A stretch of 42,196 nucleotides of DNA from Tannerella sp. (GTDB lineage: Bacteria > Bacteroidota > Bacteroidia > Bacteroidales > Tannerellaceae), in the NCBI GenBank assembly GCA_031264155.1, contig JAISEJ010000119.1:1-42196 (forward strand), read 5' to 3'. Positions 1 to 10,183 of the stretch are shown here, piece after piece. Numbering within the stretch: the stretch's first letter is position 1; every line of letters starts with the position of its first letter. The position numbers and the translations under genes were made by a program. The notes beneath the pieces were generated by a model that was not told where the DNA came from, did not search any database, and saw nothing but the letters and a program-made list of their open reading frames with translations.

Positions 1-276
1 GGATATTGTGCATCCAGGCGTTCTTGTTTTTACGGCTTTAAAGTTCATATGACAGTCACATCTAATGGAATACCTGCAGAGTTTACTTTTATCGCCGGTA
101 AAGTCCATGATATTGACGGGATAAAACAATTGCCGGTCAATCTGGCTGAAGGAAGCGAACTGCCGGCTGCCTCCGCTTACACGGATTATTTGTTTGAGGA
201 GATGCTTGCCCACAACAATATCCATCTGAAAGCTGCAAGAAAAAGCAATTCCAAAGACAATAATAAGAAGTGTTGA
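1..276 (+). pseudogene. Truncated, degenerate IS982-family DDE transposase fragment (runs off the window start)
   Basis: Frame 1 from base 1 reads GYCASRRSCFYGFKVHMTVTSNGIPAEFTFIAGKVHDIDG...ELPAASAYTDY...RKSNSK, matching the IS982 GYCASKK-YFYG-K-H ... HD ... ADSAY pattern. The expected second catalytic Asp is Ala (AASAY). The ORF stops before the usual R-x-IE motif and no terminal inverted repeat is visible. Confidence 0.8.
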
Positions 277-321
277 AAATTAATTGTTAATTATCTGCAG
301 TTAAATATCAATTATTTTTTC

Positions 322-329
322 TACCTTTG
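322..329 (+). promoter_or_regulatory. Bacteroidota sigma-A -7 element (TACCTTTG) for ftsK
   Basis: Exact TAnnTTTG match 30 nt upstream of the ftsK ATG. Confidence 0.7.
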
Positions 330-358
330 CCTCGTTATATATCAGAGAGAATTGTTAA

Positions 359-2737
359 ATGGCAACGAAACGTAAGAAGAGCAAACAAATACAACATAAA
401 AATCAGTTTTTCGAATCAATAAAGCATTATACGATGAGTGGACGTGTTCACTTTGTCGCAGGGCTTCTAATCTGTTTCCTTACGGTTTATGTAGGGATTG
501 CGATGATATCGTATTTCTTTACGGGTGCGACGGACCAAAATGTCGTTGACAATCTTGCGGTGAGCGACCTCGTCTCGACGAAAGGGGCTGTATTGAACTG
601 GGCAGGCATGAGGGGTGCGTATATATCGGATGTCGTCATAAACCACTGGTTCGGCGTATCGTCTTTTTTCCTGCTCTTTTTCATCGGTTCGGCAGGATTC
701 AGGCTGATGAAGCTTTGCCGGATGAATCTCTTCCGGCGTTTTCTTATATGCTCCCTGCTAACACTCTGGCTGTCCCTTCTTCTGGCTGTATTTTCCTTTG
801 ATAACATTTTATTTTTTCATCCGGGCGGACTTCACGGTTATTATTTGTCGGAATGGCTTACGAATAATATCGGGTATGTTGGCGTGATACTTTTGTTGCT
901 TGCCGGATTTGTACTGGTGGCCATATTCGTAAGCAGTCAGACGGTTCCCGCCCTGCAAACGAGATTGTCTTTCGGTGGCAACCCGAAGAAGAAAAGCGGT
1001 CGCGTGACTTCAACACCCAAGATAGACTACGAACCGGAAAAAGATGAGGAAGACGGATCGGAAGATGATGAACCTGATGATGACGACGAAGCGGACGATG
1101 ATAAGGATGATCTTATTTTGCCCGGAAACGAAACGGACACGCCGGCCGGTAACGGAAGATACATAAGACAGGTTGAAGATGAGTTCATTGTCGAGGTGCC
1201 GGAAGATGAAGACGAACCTTATGACAGGCACGACCTGGGCGCTTATGACCCTCGCCTTGATTTGTCGGGATACCGGTTCCCGGATATGGGTTTATTGAAG
1301 AAATATGAACAGGCGGACAAACAGGTTGACATGGTTGAGCAGAATGACAACCAGAAACGTATCAAAAAAACGCTGGAAGATTTCGGCATCAATATCGTCT
1401 CCATCAAGGCTACCGTCGGCCCGACCATAACGCTTTACGAAGTCGTGCCGGACAAAGGGGTGCGTATCGCTAAAATCCGAAGCCTCGAAGATGATATTGC
1501 ATTGAGCCTTTCGGCGCTGGGCATACGTATCATTGCGCCGATGCCCGGCAAGGGGACTATCGGAATCGAAGTGCCTAACAAAAATCCGCAGATAGTATCA
1601 ATGGAGTCGGTTGTCGCATCGCGCAAATTCTCGGAATCGAAATATGAGCTGCCGATCGTTCTGGGACGTACGATTACGAACGACGTCTTTATGGTCGACC
1701 TGGCAAAGATGCCTCACCTGCTGGTCGCCGGAGCGACGGGACAGGGTAAATCCGTCGGACTGAATGTGATCATCACCTCCCTGCTGTATAAGAAACATCC
1801 TGCGGAACTGAAATTCGTACTCGTCGACCCGAAAATGGTCGAGTTTAATATTTACGAAGACATCGAACGCCATTACCTGGCCAAACTGCCGGATATGGAT
1901 AATGCGATTATCACCGATTTCAACAACGTAATCGAGACTCTTAAATCGCTTTGCAAAGAGATGGATAGCCGTTACGATCTGCTGATGAAAGCCCATGTAC
2001 GCAATATTTCGGAATATAATGAAAAATTCATAGACCGCCAGCTTAATCCCGAGAAAGGACATAAGTTTATGCCCTATATTGTGGTTGTGATTGACGAGTT
2101 CGGCGACCTCATCATGACGGCCGGCAAAGAAATCGAAATGCCGATTGCCCGCATCGCGCAGAAAGCCCGCGCGGTGGGTATACACATGATTATTGCCACG
2201 CAGCGTCCCTCGACGAATATCATTACGGGTACGATAAAGGCTAATTTCCCTGCCCGTCTGGCTTTCAAGGTATCATCAATGATTGATTCGCGCACCATTC
2301 TTGACGCTCCGGGTGCAAACAAGCTGGTCGGACGCGGCGACCTGCTCTTCTCGCAGGGAAATGATACGCATCGTGTGCAGTGTGCGCTGGTCAGTACGGA
2401 CGAGATTGAAGGCATTGTCAAATATATAGGTAACCAGGCCGGCTTTGAGACTGCGTACAGATTGCCGGAGGTTTTGGACGAAGGCATGGCAGTAGACGGA
2501 AACGCTGTAGACCTGTCCGAACGCGATCCGCTGTTCGAAGAAGCAGCCCGTCTGATTGTCATACAGCAGCAGGGTTCCACGTCCCTTATCCAGCGGAAGT
2601 TTTCGATCGGATATAACCGCGCCGGGCGCCTGATGGATCAACTCGAAAAGGCAGGTATAGTCGGGTCTTTCGATGGACATAAAGGGCGGCAGGTCCTTGT
2701 CGCGGACGAATATGCGCTTGAAAAAACACTTGGTTGA
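359..2737 (+). CDS. ftsK: DNA translocase FtsK/SpoIIIE
   Basis: Four N-terminal hydrophobic segments, acidic linker, Walker A AGATGQGKS, Walker B VVVIDEFGDL, ATQRPS motif, and C-terminal gamma domain (STSLIQRKFSIGYNRAGRLMDQLE). Confidence 0.97.
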   Translation: MATKRKKSKQIQHKNQFFESIKHYTMSGRVHFVAGLLICFLTVYVGIAMISYFFTGATDQNVVDNLAVSDLVSTKGAVLNWAGMRGAYISDVVINHWFGVSSFFLLFFIGSAGFRLMKLCRMNLFRRFLICSLLTLWLSLLLAVFSFDNILFFHPGGLHGYYLSEWLTNNIGYVGVILLLLAGFVLVAIFVSSQTVPALQTRLSFGGNPKKKSGRVTSTPKIDYEPEKDEEDGSEDDEPDDDDEADDDKDDLILPGNETDTPAGNGRYIRQVEDEFIVEVPEDEDEPYDRHDLGAYDPRLDLSGYRFPDMGLLKKYEQADKQVDMVEQNDNQKRIKKTLEDFGINIVSIKATVGPTITLYEVVPDKGVRIAKIRSLEDDIALSLSALGIRIIAPMPGKGTIGIEVPNKNPQIVSMESVVASRKFSESKYELPIVLGRTITNDVFMVDLAKMPHLLVAGATGQGKSVGLNVIITSLLYKKHPAELKFVLVDPKMVEFNIYEDIERHYLAKLPDMDNAIITDFNNVIETLKSLCKEMDSRYDLLMKAHVRNISEYNEKFIDRQLNPEKGHKFMPYIVVVIDEFGDLIMTAGKEIEMPIARIAQKARAVGIHMIIATQRPSTNIITGTIKANFPARLAFKVSSMIDSRTILDAPGANKLVGRGDLLFSQGNDTHRVQCALVSTDEIEGIVKYIGNQAGFETAYRLPEVLDEGMAVDGNAVDLSERDPLFEEAARLIVIQQQGSTSLIQRKFSIGYNRAGRLMDQLEKAGIVGSFDGHKGRQVLVADEYALEKTLG

Positions 2738-2816
2738 TGCTGGGTGCGAAGCTAATTCAACCGCAGGCGAAATTAAACATTTTAATTATGGATTTATGAA
2801 TATTGAGAAAGTTGTT

Positions 2817-3467
2817 ATGAAAAAAATATCATATCATATAATACTTGTAATAATGATTGCTGCAATGCCGGATAATGCGTTTGCACAGGCGGTTGACGGC
2901 AAATCCGTTCTTGAGAAAACATCGCAGATCTACAAGCGATGGGAGGGTATGGATATACGGTTTACGACCAGCGTCCGTTCGGATAAAAACGGCATTTCCG
3001 AAAGCTTTGAAGGGACAATTGCGATGAAGGACGACAAGTTTGTCCTGGAAACTCCGGACATGAAGACCTGGTTTGACGGAATTACGCAGTGGACGTACAT
3101 GTCGCGAACCGGTGAAGTCAATGTCATTACGCCCTCGGGAAGCGACTTGCAACTTCTCAATCCCATGATTCTTTTGCAAAGTTATCAAAAGGATTTCAAT
3201 GTGTCGTATATCGGTGAGAGCACTTCCGCCAATGCGAAAACGGCTTATGATGTTGCCTTAATCCCCAGGAAAAAAGACGATATTGAAAAGATCGAACTGC
3301 AAATAGAAAAAAGCACATCGTTGCCGGTCAAGCTTGTCGTAACGATGCATAATGACATGCGTAACGTCATTCATGTAAAAACGATAAAGGAGGCTGCTTT
3401 CGCAGATGATATTTTCACGTTCCCGGAAAATGAATATCCGGATGCGGAACTGATTGACTTGAGATAG
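2817..3467 (+). CDS. LolA-like outer membrane lipoprotein carrier protein
   Basis: Signal peptide ending AFA-Q and a WFDGITQWTY motif. Position directly after ftsK is the typical arrangement. The start at 2817 was chosen over the longer ORF that overlaps ftsK. Confidence 0.85.
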   Translation: MKKISYHIILVIMIAAMPDNAFAQAVDGKSVLEKTSQIYKRWEGMDIRFTTSVRSDKNGISESFEGTIAMKDDKFVLETPDMKTWFDGITQWTYMSRTGEVNVITPSGSDLQLLNPMILLQSYQKDFNVSYIGESTSANAKTAYDVALIPRKKDDIEKIELQIEKSTSLPVKLVVTMHNDMRNVIHVKTIKEAAFADDIFTFPENEYPDAELIDLR

Positions 3468-3496
3468 GAAACGTTATATTATGATTAAGCAATTAT

Positions 3497-4282
3497 ATGA
3501 ATATGGTAATGAGCAAATTTAAATTTACGCTGTTAATGCTTGTGTTCACATTCCCGCTGATGGCCCGGGATGTGCCGAAAGTGATTGCACACCGCGGTTA
3601 CTGGCAGACGTACGGCTCGGCTCAAAATTCCCTGCGTTCGTTCGAACGCGCCGCCGAAACGGGCGCTTACGGTTCTGAGTTTGACGTGCAGATGACGGCG
3701 GACAGCGTCCTTGTCCTGTTTCATGACAACACCGTTCGGGGAATAGCGATACAGGGGGCGCCGTATTCTTATATTAAGGATATAAGGATTTCTAATGGGG
3801 AATGTATTCCTGTTTTGCGTGAATTTCTCGAAGCGGCGCGCCACGTCGGTACGGATATGAAGATTATTTTTGAACTTAAGCCACATGCCACGCCGGAACT
3901 GAACCGTGAAGCGGCGCGCCGTTCGGTCGAAATGGTGCGGGAGAAAAAGTTGACGTACCGGACGGAATTTATAACATTTAGCCTTGATGCCGGGAAGGAA
4001 CTTATTCGCCTGGCGCCTGAGATTCCTGTTTATTATCTCAACGGCGAGTTGTCGCCCCGGCAGCTTAAAGACCTGGGATTTGCCGGGCTTGATTATCATT
4101 ATGATGTGATGCGTAAAAATCCGGAATGGTTCAACGATGCTAAAAAACTTGGTCTCGGCGTTAATGTGTGGACAGTAAACGATCCCGCCGTAATGGAAGA
4201 AATGGCTGACCGGGGTGCGGATTTCATTACGACGGATGTGCCTTCCGATGCTTTGATACAATTGAACCGCATTAAAAAATGA
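3497..4282 (+). CDS. Glycerophosphodiester phosphodiesterase family protein (secreted)
   Basis: IAHRG, QNS, SEFDVQMTAD...HD, FELK, WTVND and ITTD motifs, with an N-terminal signal peptide. Confidence 0.93.
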   Translation: MNMVMSKFKFTLLMLVFTFPLMARDVPKVIAHRGYWQTYGSAQNSLRSFERAAETGAYGSEFDVQMTADSVLVLFHDNTVRGIAIQGAPYSYIKDIRISNGECIPVLREFLEAARHVGTDMKIIFELKPHATPELNREAARRSVEMVREKKLTYRTEFITFSLDAGKELIRLAPEIPVYYLNGELSPRQLKDLGFAGLDYHYDVMRKNPEWFNDAKKLGLGVNVWTVNDPAVMEEMADRGADFITTDVPSDALIQLNRIKK

Positions 4283-4842
4283 CTGATACAAAGGATGCTT
4301 CAATATCTGCCGGTGACGGCGGAAGCGTGACGGGAACCGGGATTGTAACGAGTTCCCGTTCAAAATATAACTGGTATGCACTGTATACTTCGCCGCGGGC
4401 GGAGAAGCGTGTGAAGGAAAATCTCGAACAGAACGGTTTTGAATGTTACCTGCCTCTCCACCGTTCGCCGCGTGTCTGGTCCGACCGCGTCAAAATGGTT
4501 GATATGCCACTGTTTAACTCATATATTTTTGTAAAGTGTAAAGAGCATGAAATATTTCTTGCGAACAGGATTAGAGGCGTTGCCAGGGTCGTATTTTATG
4601 ACGGAAAGCCGGCCAGAATAAGCCAGAAAGAAATAGATGCAATAAAAATATTTATCAGGGAAGCCGCCGGCAAAGTGTTGTGCGAAGGGGATGAAGTCGA
4701 AATCCTGACTGGTATGATGAAGAATGTATCCGGGAAAATAACAAAAATAAAGAAAAAATATATTGTGTTGCATATTAAGCAACTGATGGCAACGGTCTGT
4801 GTCAATACGGAAAATGTGGCGCCTTTGAACCGGATTAAATGA
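4279..4842 (+). CDS. upxY: UpxY-family (NusG paralog) transcription antiterminator
   Basis: WYALYTSPRAEKRV, WSDRVKMVDMPLFNSYIFV (NGN domain) and GDEVEILTG (KOW). Start overlaps the GDPD stop (ATGA). Confidence 0.92.
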   Translation: MTDTKDASISAGDGGSVTGTGIVTSSRSKYNWYALYTSPRAEKRVKENLEQNGFECYLPLHRSPRVWSDRVKMVDMPLFNSYIFVKCKEHEIFLANRIRGVARVVFYDGKPARISQKEIDAIKIFIREAAGKVLCEGDEVEILTGMMKNVSGKITKIKKKYIVLHIKQLMATVCVNTENVAPLNRIK

Positions 4843-4943
4843 AAACAAACAGAGCCTGTCCTGCCTCGCAGGAATGTAATCCAATAATTGGTGGTGCTAT
4901 AAAAAGTATGCTGCTATAAAAATTTGGCAATGAAGGAAAAAGC

Positions 4944-4966
4944 ATTATCGTTTTACAAACGATAAT
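4944..4966. other. AT-rich hairpin ATTATCGTTT-tac-AAACGATAAT downstream of upxY
   Basis: Perfect 10 bp inverted repeat with no clear U-tract. Confidence 0.5.
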
Positions 4967-4975
4967 AGAGATTTT

Positions 4976-5062
4976 AGTATCCTTGAAAACTCTTTAAGTA
5001 TCCTTAGAGACTCTCAAAGAGTTCCTTTAAACTCTCAAAGAGTTCCTTTAGACTCTCAAAGA
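4976..5062. repeat. Tandem array of four 21 bp units
   Basis: agtatccttgaaaactcttta / agtatccttagagactctcaa / agagttcctttaaactctcaa / agagttcctttagactctcaa, then aga. Confidence 0.9.
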
Positions 5063-5063
5063 T

Positions 5064-5180
5064 ACGCTCCGCTTCGGCAAGGAAGACAAGGCAAAGCTCG
5101 TCGTCATCACGGCTGCATAGCTCAACCCGCGCCTCGAAACAGGTCCGTGGAGCGGAGAAATCACCGAAGTCGCGCCGTGA
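5064..5180 (+). pseudogene. 3' relic of a hypothetical protein gene with an internal nonsense codon
   Basis: GC-rich patch translating TLRFGKEDKAKLVVITAA*LNPRLETGPWSGEITEVAP*. The TAG at 5118 sits where Trp is expected in the W-x-N-x-R-x-E-x-GPWS C-terminal motif I recall from uncharacterised FN3-like proteins. Confidence 0.6.
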
Positions 5181-5239
5181 CGCAACGCCACCGGACGCCA
5201 AAATGATAAATATTAACCTGATAATTAAAAAACATTTAC

Positions 5240-5247
5240 TATCTTTG
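5240..5247 (+). promoter_or_regulatory. Sigma-A -7 element (TATCTTTG) for wza-wzc-phosphatase
   Basis: Exact TAnnTTTG match about 45 nt upstream of the ATG at 5291. Confidence 0.7.
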
Positions 5248-5290
5248 CAATCCGAATCACGTGATAAAATGAGATTATAATTAGAAGAAT

Positions 5291-6082
5291 ATGAGAAAAA
5301 AGGGATTTCTTTTCGTGTCGTTTGCCGCCGTTCTGCTGTTTTCATGTACAACTCCGAAAAATGTTGTCTATTTTCAGGACGCGGGAAATTTCGAAGCATA
5401 TAAAAAGGTAGAGCAGTTTGACGTATTTATCCATCAGGATGACATGCTGGCCATTATGGTAAACAGCCAGGCGACCGAAGCCGCTTTGCCATTTAATCTC
5501 CCGATAGTAAGCTATTACGTAGGGGGAGACGTCTACGGGCAACAGCGCGTCCTGGGTTATCTTGTAGACAAGGAAGGATGTATCGACTTCCCCATACTTG
5601 GCAAGCTGCAAGTGGAAGGGCTTACAAGAAACGGACTGCGCGACCTGATTAAAAGCAAGCTGAAGGAAAACGGCCTGTTGAAAGACCCGATTGTCACGGT
5701 TAATTTTCTTAACTACAAAGTATCCGTACAAGGAGAAGTCAACCGCCCCGGGAGCTTCAACGTCACCGGCGAACGCATCACGCTGCTGGAAGCGTTAAGC
5801 ATGGCCGGCGATTTAACGATATACGGCCGTCGTGACCGCGTCGCCGTTATCCGCGAAGTGAAAGGACAGCGCACGATCCTCTACCACGACCTTTCGAGCA
5901 CCGATATTTTCCAGTCGCCCTGCTACTACCTGCAGCAAAACGACATGGTCTATGTAGAACCCAACAAGCGCAGGATACAGCAAAGCAATATAAATCAAAA
6001 CAACAGTGCGGGCGTATGGCTGTCAATCATTTCGGTATTATTGACGGCAACAAATGTGATTGTAAGTGTAAATAAAAAATAA
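5291..6082 (+). CDS. wza: Polysaccharide export outer membrane lipoprotein (Wza/OPX family)
   Basis: Lipobox LFSC, GYLVDKEGCIDFPILG (Poly_export) and GEVNRPG...TLLEALSMAGDLTIYGRRD (SLBB). Confidence 0.93.
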   Translation: MRKKGFLFVSFAAVLLFSCTTPKNVVYFQDAGNFEAYKKVEQFDVFIHQDDMLAIMVNSQATEAALPFNLPIVSYYVGGDVYGQQRVLGYLVDKEGCIDFPILGKLQVEGLTRNGLRDLIKSKLKENGLLKDPIVTVNFLNYKVSVQGEVNRPGSFNVTGERITLLEALSMAGDLTIYGRRDRVAVIREVKGQRTILYHDLSSTDIFQSPCYYLQQNDMVYVEPNKRRIQQSNINQNNSAGVWLSIISVLLTATNVIVSVNKK

Positions 6083-6093
6083 TCAAGAAAAAC

Positions 6094-8481
6094 ATGAACG
6101 AGCAGAATGTAAACCGGGAAGATTTTCAGGCATCGGAAGAATCCTCCATAAATCTGAATGATATTTTCCGGATTGTAGTCAGTAAATGGTACGGCTTTGT
6201 CATATCCGTCGCCGTATGCATTGTGGCAGCCATTATATACCTGATGTGGACGCCGGTGATATACGAACGCATTGCGACGGTTCTTATAAAAGACGACAAA
6301 ACGGGCAGCAAGGAAACCGCCATCTTTCAGGACCTTGCCATCTTCGACGGCAAAAGTAACGTGAACAACGAAATGATTGTCTTCAAAAGCTACAGCCTGA
6401 TGGCCGAAGCCGTGCGGCGCCTGAAACTGGATGTAAGCTATACGGTAAAGGAAAAGCTGCGGATGCAGGAACTGTATACCAATTCACCTGTGACTTTTAC
6501 GTTCGAAGATATTGAAGACACTCAGTGGATTACATTCAATGCCAAGCTGCTTCAGAATAACGAGATCGCCCTCTGGGATTTCAAAACCACCGGCATGGAA
6601 AACGAGCACACAATCGTCGTCAGCCTCAATGATACCGTTAATACGCCCGTCGGCAGGATGGTCGCGACCCCCACCCTATGGTATAATGAAATGTGGTACG
6701 ACAAACCCGTTACCATCACAAAATCAAACGTAAAAACCGTTATCAATTACTATCGCAATGCATTGACGGTTAGCCTTGCAGATAAACAGACTTCGGTCGT
6801 AAACCTTTCCATAAAGGATGAATCCGTCCAGCGCGCCGAAGATTTGCTGAATACCGTCATTGCGATCTATAACGAAAATGCCATCAACGACAAAAACCAG
6901 ATGGCGGTCAATACCGAAAATTTTATAAACGAACGCCTGATTATCATTGAGGAGGAACTCGGCGATGTTGACCGGCAAATACAGGTCTTTAAGACGGAAA
7001 ATCAACTGACGGATATACGGAGCGATGCACAGCTGGCCCTGCAGGAAAGCAGCGAATCGGACCGGGAGATCATCCGGTTGCAGAATCAACATTCCATGGC
7101 GACTTATATACGCAAATACCTGTCGGAGCCGTCGAACAGTACCGAATTGATACCGGCAAACACAGGCGTGGACGATATAAAGTTGGAAGGGCAGATATTG
7201 AACTATAATGAGACGCTGCTGAAAAGAAACCACCTTATCGAAAACAGCAGTGAACGGAATCCCGTTGTCCAGGAACTGAACAACAGCCTTAATTCCATGC
7301 GGCAAAATATAATGCGTGCGGTTGATAACCTTATTGTCAACCTTGATATACAGTCGCGCAGCATAAGAGCGCGTACCGCGAGGACAAGGGCGCGCATTTC
7401 CGCCGTCCCGCAGCAACAGACGAAAGTGACGAGCATAGGCCGCGAGCAGCAGATTAAGGAACAGCTCTATCTGTATCTGCTTAATAAGCGGGAAGAAAAT
7501 GCCATCAACAAGGCAATGATGGAAAGCACGGCCCGCATAATCGACGCAGCTACCGGCTCTGCCATCCCCGTGGCTCCCCGTAAAGTGATTATTTTAACGG
7601 CAGCGCTCCTGCTGGGGCTGGCCATTCCTTCCGCGATACTTTATCTCATCATGCTGTCCGATATAACCGTTCGCGGACAAAAAGACTTGCGGAATGTCCT
7701 TACAATACCCTTCCTGGGTGAAGTGCCCTTCAAGAAGTCAAAAGCCGTGAATGGGATTGATGCGCCGACCGTTGTTGTCAGGGAGAGCGGGCGCGATCCC
7801 CTGTCGGAATCCTTTCGCATCATACGCACGAATATGGATTTTATGCGTGTCAAACAGGATGATATGAAAGTGATCATGACCACATCGACAAATGTAGGCT
7901 CCGGCAAGACATTTATAGCATCCAATCTTGCCGTAAGCATAGCGATGACGGAAAAAAAGGTTTTACTTATAGACATGGATATCCGTAAAGGTACGCTTGG
8001 AAGAGGAATAACCATACATAAAAACATTGACGGATATGACATCGGCTTAACAAGCTATCTGTCAAGAATCGTTTCAAAAGTAGAATCGCTGATCATACAG
8101 GATGAGGATTATCCGAAAATTGACATCATACGTTCCGGCCCGGTGCCCCCCAATCCGGCGGAATTGCTTTTAAGTCCGCGTCTGGATGAACTGATCAACA
8201 TCCTGCGTGACAAATATGAATATATTATAATAGATAATGTACCGGCAGGACTGGTTGCCGATACCCTGATTTCAAATCGTGTTGCAGACCTTACATTATA
8301 TATTATACGCGCCGGGAAAATGGATCGCCGCATGTTGCCCGATATAGAGCAGTTATATCGTGAGGAAAAACTGAAAAATATGGCAGTCATTCTCAATGGC
8401 GTTGGCGCCGGCATAGGCTATGGTTACGGCTATGGTTACAGTTACGGCTATGGTTACGGCAACGATTCCGAAGGGAATTGA
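6094..8481 (+). CDS. wzc: Polysaccharide co-polymerase / tyrosine autokinase (Wzc)
   Basis: Two transmembrane helices flanking a coiled-coil region, Walker A TSTNVGSGKT, LLIDMDIRK, IIIDNVP and a C-terminal Tyr cluster GYGYGYGYSYGYGYG. Confidence 0.95.
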   Translation: MNEQNVNREDFQASEESSINLNDIFRIVVSKWYGFVISVAVCIVAAIIYLMWTPVIYERIATVLIKDDKTGSKETAIFQDLAIFDGKSNVNNEMIVFKSYSLMAEAVRRLKLDVSYTVKEKLRMQELYTNSPVTFTFEDIEDTQWITFNAKLLQNNEIALWDFKTTGMENEHTIVVSLNDTVNTPVGRMVATPTLWYNEMWYDKPVTITKSNVKTVINYYRNALTVSLADKQTSVVNLSIKDESVQRAEDLLNTVIAIYNENAINDKNQMAVNTENFINERLIIIEEELGDVDRQIQVFKTENQLTDIRSDAQLALQESSESDREIIRLQNQHSMATYIRKYLSEPSNSTELIPANTGVDDIKLEGQILNYNETLLKRNHLIENSSERNPVVQELNNSLNSMRQNIMRAVDNLIVNLDIQSRSIRARTARTRARISAVPQQQTKVTSIGREQQIKEQLYLYLLNKREENAINKAMMESTARIIDAATGSAIPVAPRKVIILTAALLLGLAIPSAILYLIMLSDITVRGQKDLRNVLTIPFLGEVPFKKSKAVNGIDAPTVVVRESGRDPLSESFRIIRTNMDFMRVKQDDMKVIMTTSTNVGSGKTFIASNLAVSIAMTEKKVLLIDMDIRKGTLGRGITIHKNIDGYDIGLTSYLSRIVSKVESLIIQDEDYPKIDIIRSGPVPPNPAELLLSPRLDELINILRDKYEYIIIDNVPAGLVADTLISNRVADLTLYIIRAGKMDRRMLPDIEQLYREEKLKNMAVILNGVGAGIGYGYGYGYSYGYGYGNDSEGN

Positions 8482-8487
8482 AAAAGT

Positions 8488-9234
8488 ATGAATATTCCCG
8501 GTTTCATAAAACCCCGCAAATCGCTCATCCGATCCGGCCTGTTATGTGATATGACGGATATTCACTGTCATATACTGCCGGGTGTTGACGACGGAGTAAG
8601 CACGTACGAAGAAGGCGTAAAAGCCTTGCGCTGGCTTAACGACAACGGCGTGCGTCGCATGTACCTGACGCCGCATGTGATGTCGGATTTTGTAAAGAAC
8701 AGCAGGGCCTGTCTGACCAGTCAATTTGACGCATTTACCGAACGTCTTGAAAAGGACAGTATAAAGGATATTCCGGAATTAAAGCTCGGAGCGGAATATA
8801 TGCTCGAAGCGGCGTTTGAGCGGCATAAAGAAAAAGGACTGATCGCGTATGCCGACCGGCATGTGCTGGTGGAAACATCATATATGATGCCGCCGGTAGG
8901 TTTTATCAGGATACTGGAAAAACTGACGGAAGACGGGTTCTCGCCCGTGCTTGCTCATCCCGAGCGCTATCATTATATGGAAGACAGCGATTATAAATCT
9001 CTTAAAGAGCATGGCGTCCTGTTTCAGCTAAATTATCTTTCGATGACAGGTGCATACGGCGAACGCGCCGGAAAGAAAGCGGGTAAGCTCTTAAAAAACG
9101 GATATTATGATTACGCAGGTTCTGATTTTCATCACTTGCGACGCCATGAAAACAGTTTTTTGGCGAAGACGCTCACAAAAAAACAAATCATCGCGCTCAA
9201 AGGGCTTTTTGATAATAATAACCGCTTATGGTGA
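8488..9234 (+). CDS. PHP-family tyrosine-protein phosphatase (CpsB/YwqE type)
   Basis: [24 protein letters not shown] and GSDFH motifs. Follows wzc. Confidence 0.93.
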   Translation: MNIPGFIKPRKSLIRSGLLCDMTDIHCHILPGVDDGVSTYEEGVKALRWLNDNGVRRMYLTPHVMSDFVKNSRACLTSQFDAFTERLEKDSIKDIPELKLGAEYMLEAAFERHKEKGLIAYADRHVLVETSYMMPPVGFIRILEKLTEDGFSPVLAHPERYHYMEDSDYKSLKEHGVLFQLNYLSMTGAYGERAGKKAGKLLKNGYYDYAGSDFHHLRRHENSFLAKTLTKKQIIALKGLFDNNNRLW

Positions 9235-9256
9235 GGTAAAAAATAAACAGGTTTAT

Positions 9257-9287
9257 TTTGTATTCCTCTCGGCTTGCATTATCTTTG
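9257..9287 (+). promoter_or_regulatory. Sigma-A promoter for panB-proS (TTTG-N19-TATCTTTG)
   Basis: Both -33 and -7 elements are present with canonical spacing. Confidence 0.8.
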
Positions 9288-9298
9288 CACCGCAAAAA

Positions 9299-10129
9299 AT
9301 GGAAAATATGTCAGCAGTATTAAAAGATGACAATCGAAAGGTGACGACGCATCGCCTTTTCGAAATGAAACAGCGGGGAGAAAAAATCTCTATGCTAACG
9401 GCTTATGAATATTCGATGGCTAAAATTATTGATCAGGCCGGCATGGATGTTATTTTAGTGGGCGATTCCGCATCGAATGTAATGGCGGGAAACATTACCA
9501 CATTGCCCATTACGCTTGACCAGATGATTTATCATGGCAAATCGGTAATGAAAGCCGTGAAGCGCGCTCTCGTTGTGGTGGATCTTCCTTTTGGTTCGTA
9601 TCAGGGCAATTCGAAAGAAGCGCTGGCGTCGGCTATCAGGGTAATGAAAGAGACACATGCCGATTGTATCAAAATAGAGGGCGGGGCGGAAATCAAGGAG
9701 TCCGTACAGCGCGTCTTGTGTGCCGGTATTCCGTTAATGGGACATCTTGGCCTGACGCCGCAATCTATTAATAAATTCGGAACGTATGCGGTACGTGCCC
9801 GCGAAGAAGCCGAAGCGCGGAAATTAATGGAGGACGCCTGTCTCCTGGAAGAACTGGGATGTTTTGCGGTGGTTGTCGAGAAGGTGCCGGCAGAACTGGC
9901 TGCCAGGGTTGCGTCGAAACTGCGAATACCTGTTATCGGTATAGGCGCCGGTAACGGCGTTGACGGCCAAGTGCTCGTTATGCACGATATGCTTGGTATA
10001 AACCAGGAGTTTTCACCCCGATTCCTGCGTCGTTATGCAAATCTTTATGAAGTCATAACGGAATCTGTGCAGGCATATATTAAAGATGTGAAAGCCGGGG
10101 ATTTCCCTAACGAAAAAGAGCAATATTAA
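9299..10129 (+). CDS. panB: 3-methyl-2-oxobutanoate hydroxymethyltransferase
   Basis: [23 protein letters not shown] and IGIGAG..DGQVLV motifs. The true start is 9299 or 9308, downstream of the promoter. Confidence 0.97.
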   Translation: MENMSAVLKDDNRKVTTHRLFEMKQRGEKISMLTAYEYSMAKIIDQAGMDVILVGDSASNVMAGNITTLPITLDQMIYHGKSVMKAVKRALVVVDLPFGSYQGNSKEALASAIRVMKETHADCIKIEGGAEIKESVQRVLCAGIPLMGHLGLTPQSINKFGTYAVRAREEAEARKLMEDACLLEELGCFAVVVEKVPAELAARVASKLRIPVIGIGAGNGVDGQVLVMHDMLGINQEFSPRFLRRYANLYEVITESVQAYIKDVKAGDFPNEKEQY

Positions 10130-10183
10130 TAAGATGTAATTCGGTTCGACCGGAATGAAAAGATTAAACATATATATATCTTT

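Noticed and set aside
4895..4922. TGCTATAAAAA direct repeat after upxY
   Set aside because: Only two short AT-rich copies. It could be a binding site but cannot be distinguished from chance.
5004..5399. 131 aa minus-strand ORF ending in FESLKEL heptads
   Set aside because: It overlaps the wza start and promoter in antisense, the heptads simply reflect the 21 bp DNA repeat, and the plus strand gives a more protein-like relic.
8416..8460. GGCTATGGTTAC tandem repeat
   Set aside because: It encodes the normal Wzc tyrosine cluster.
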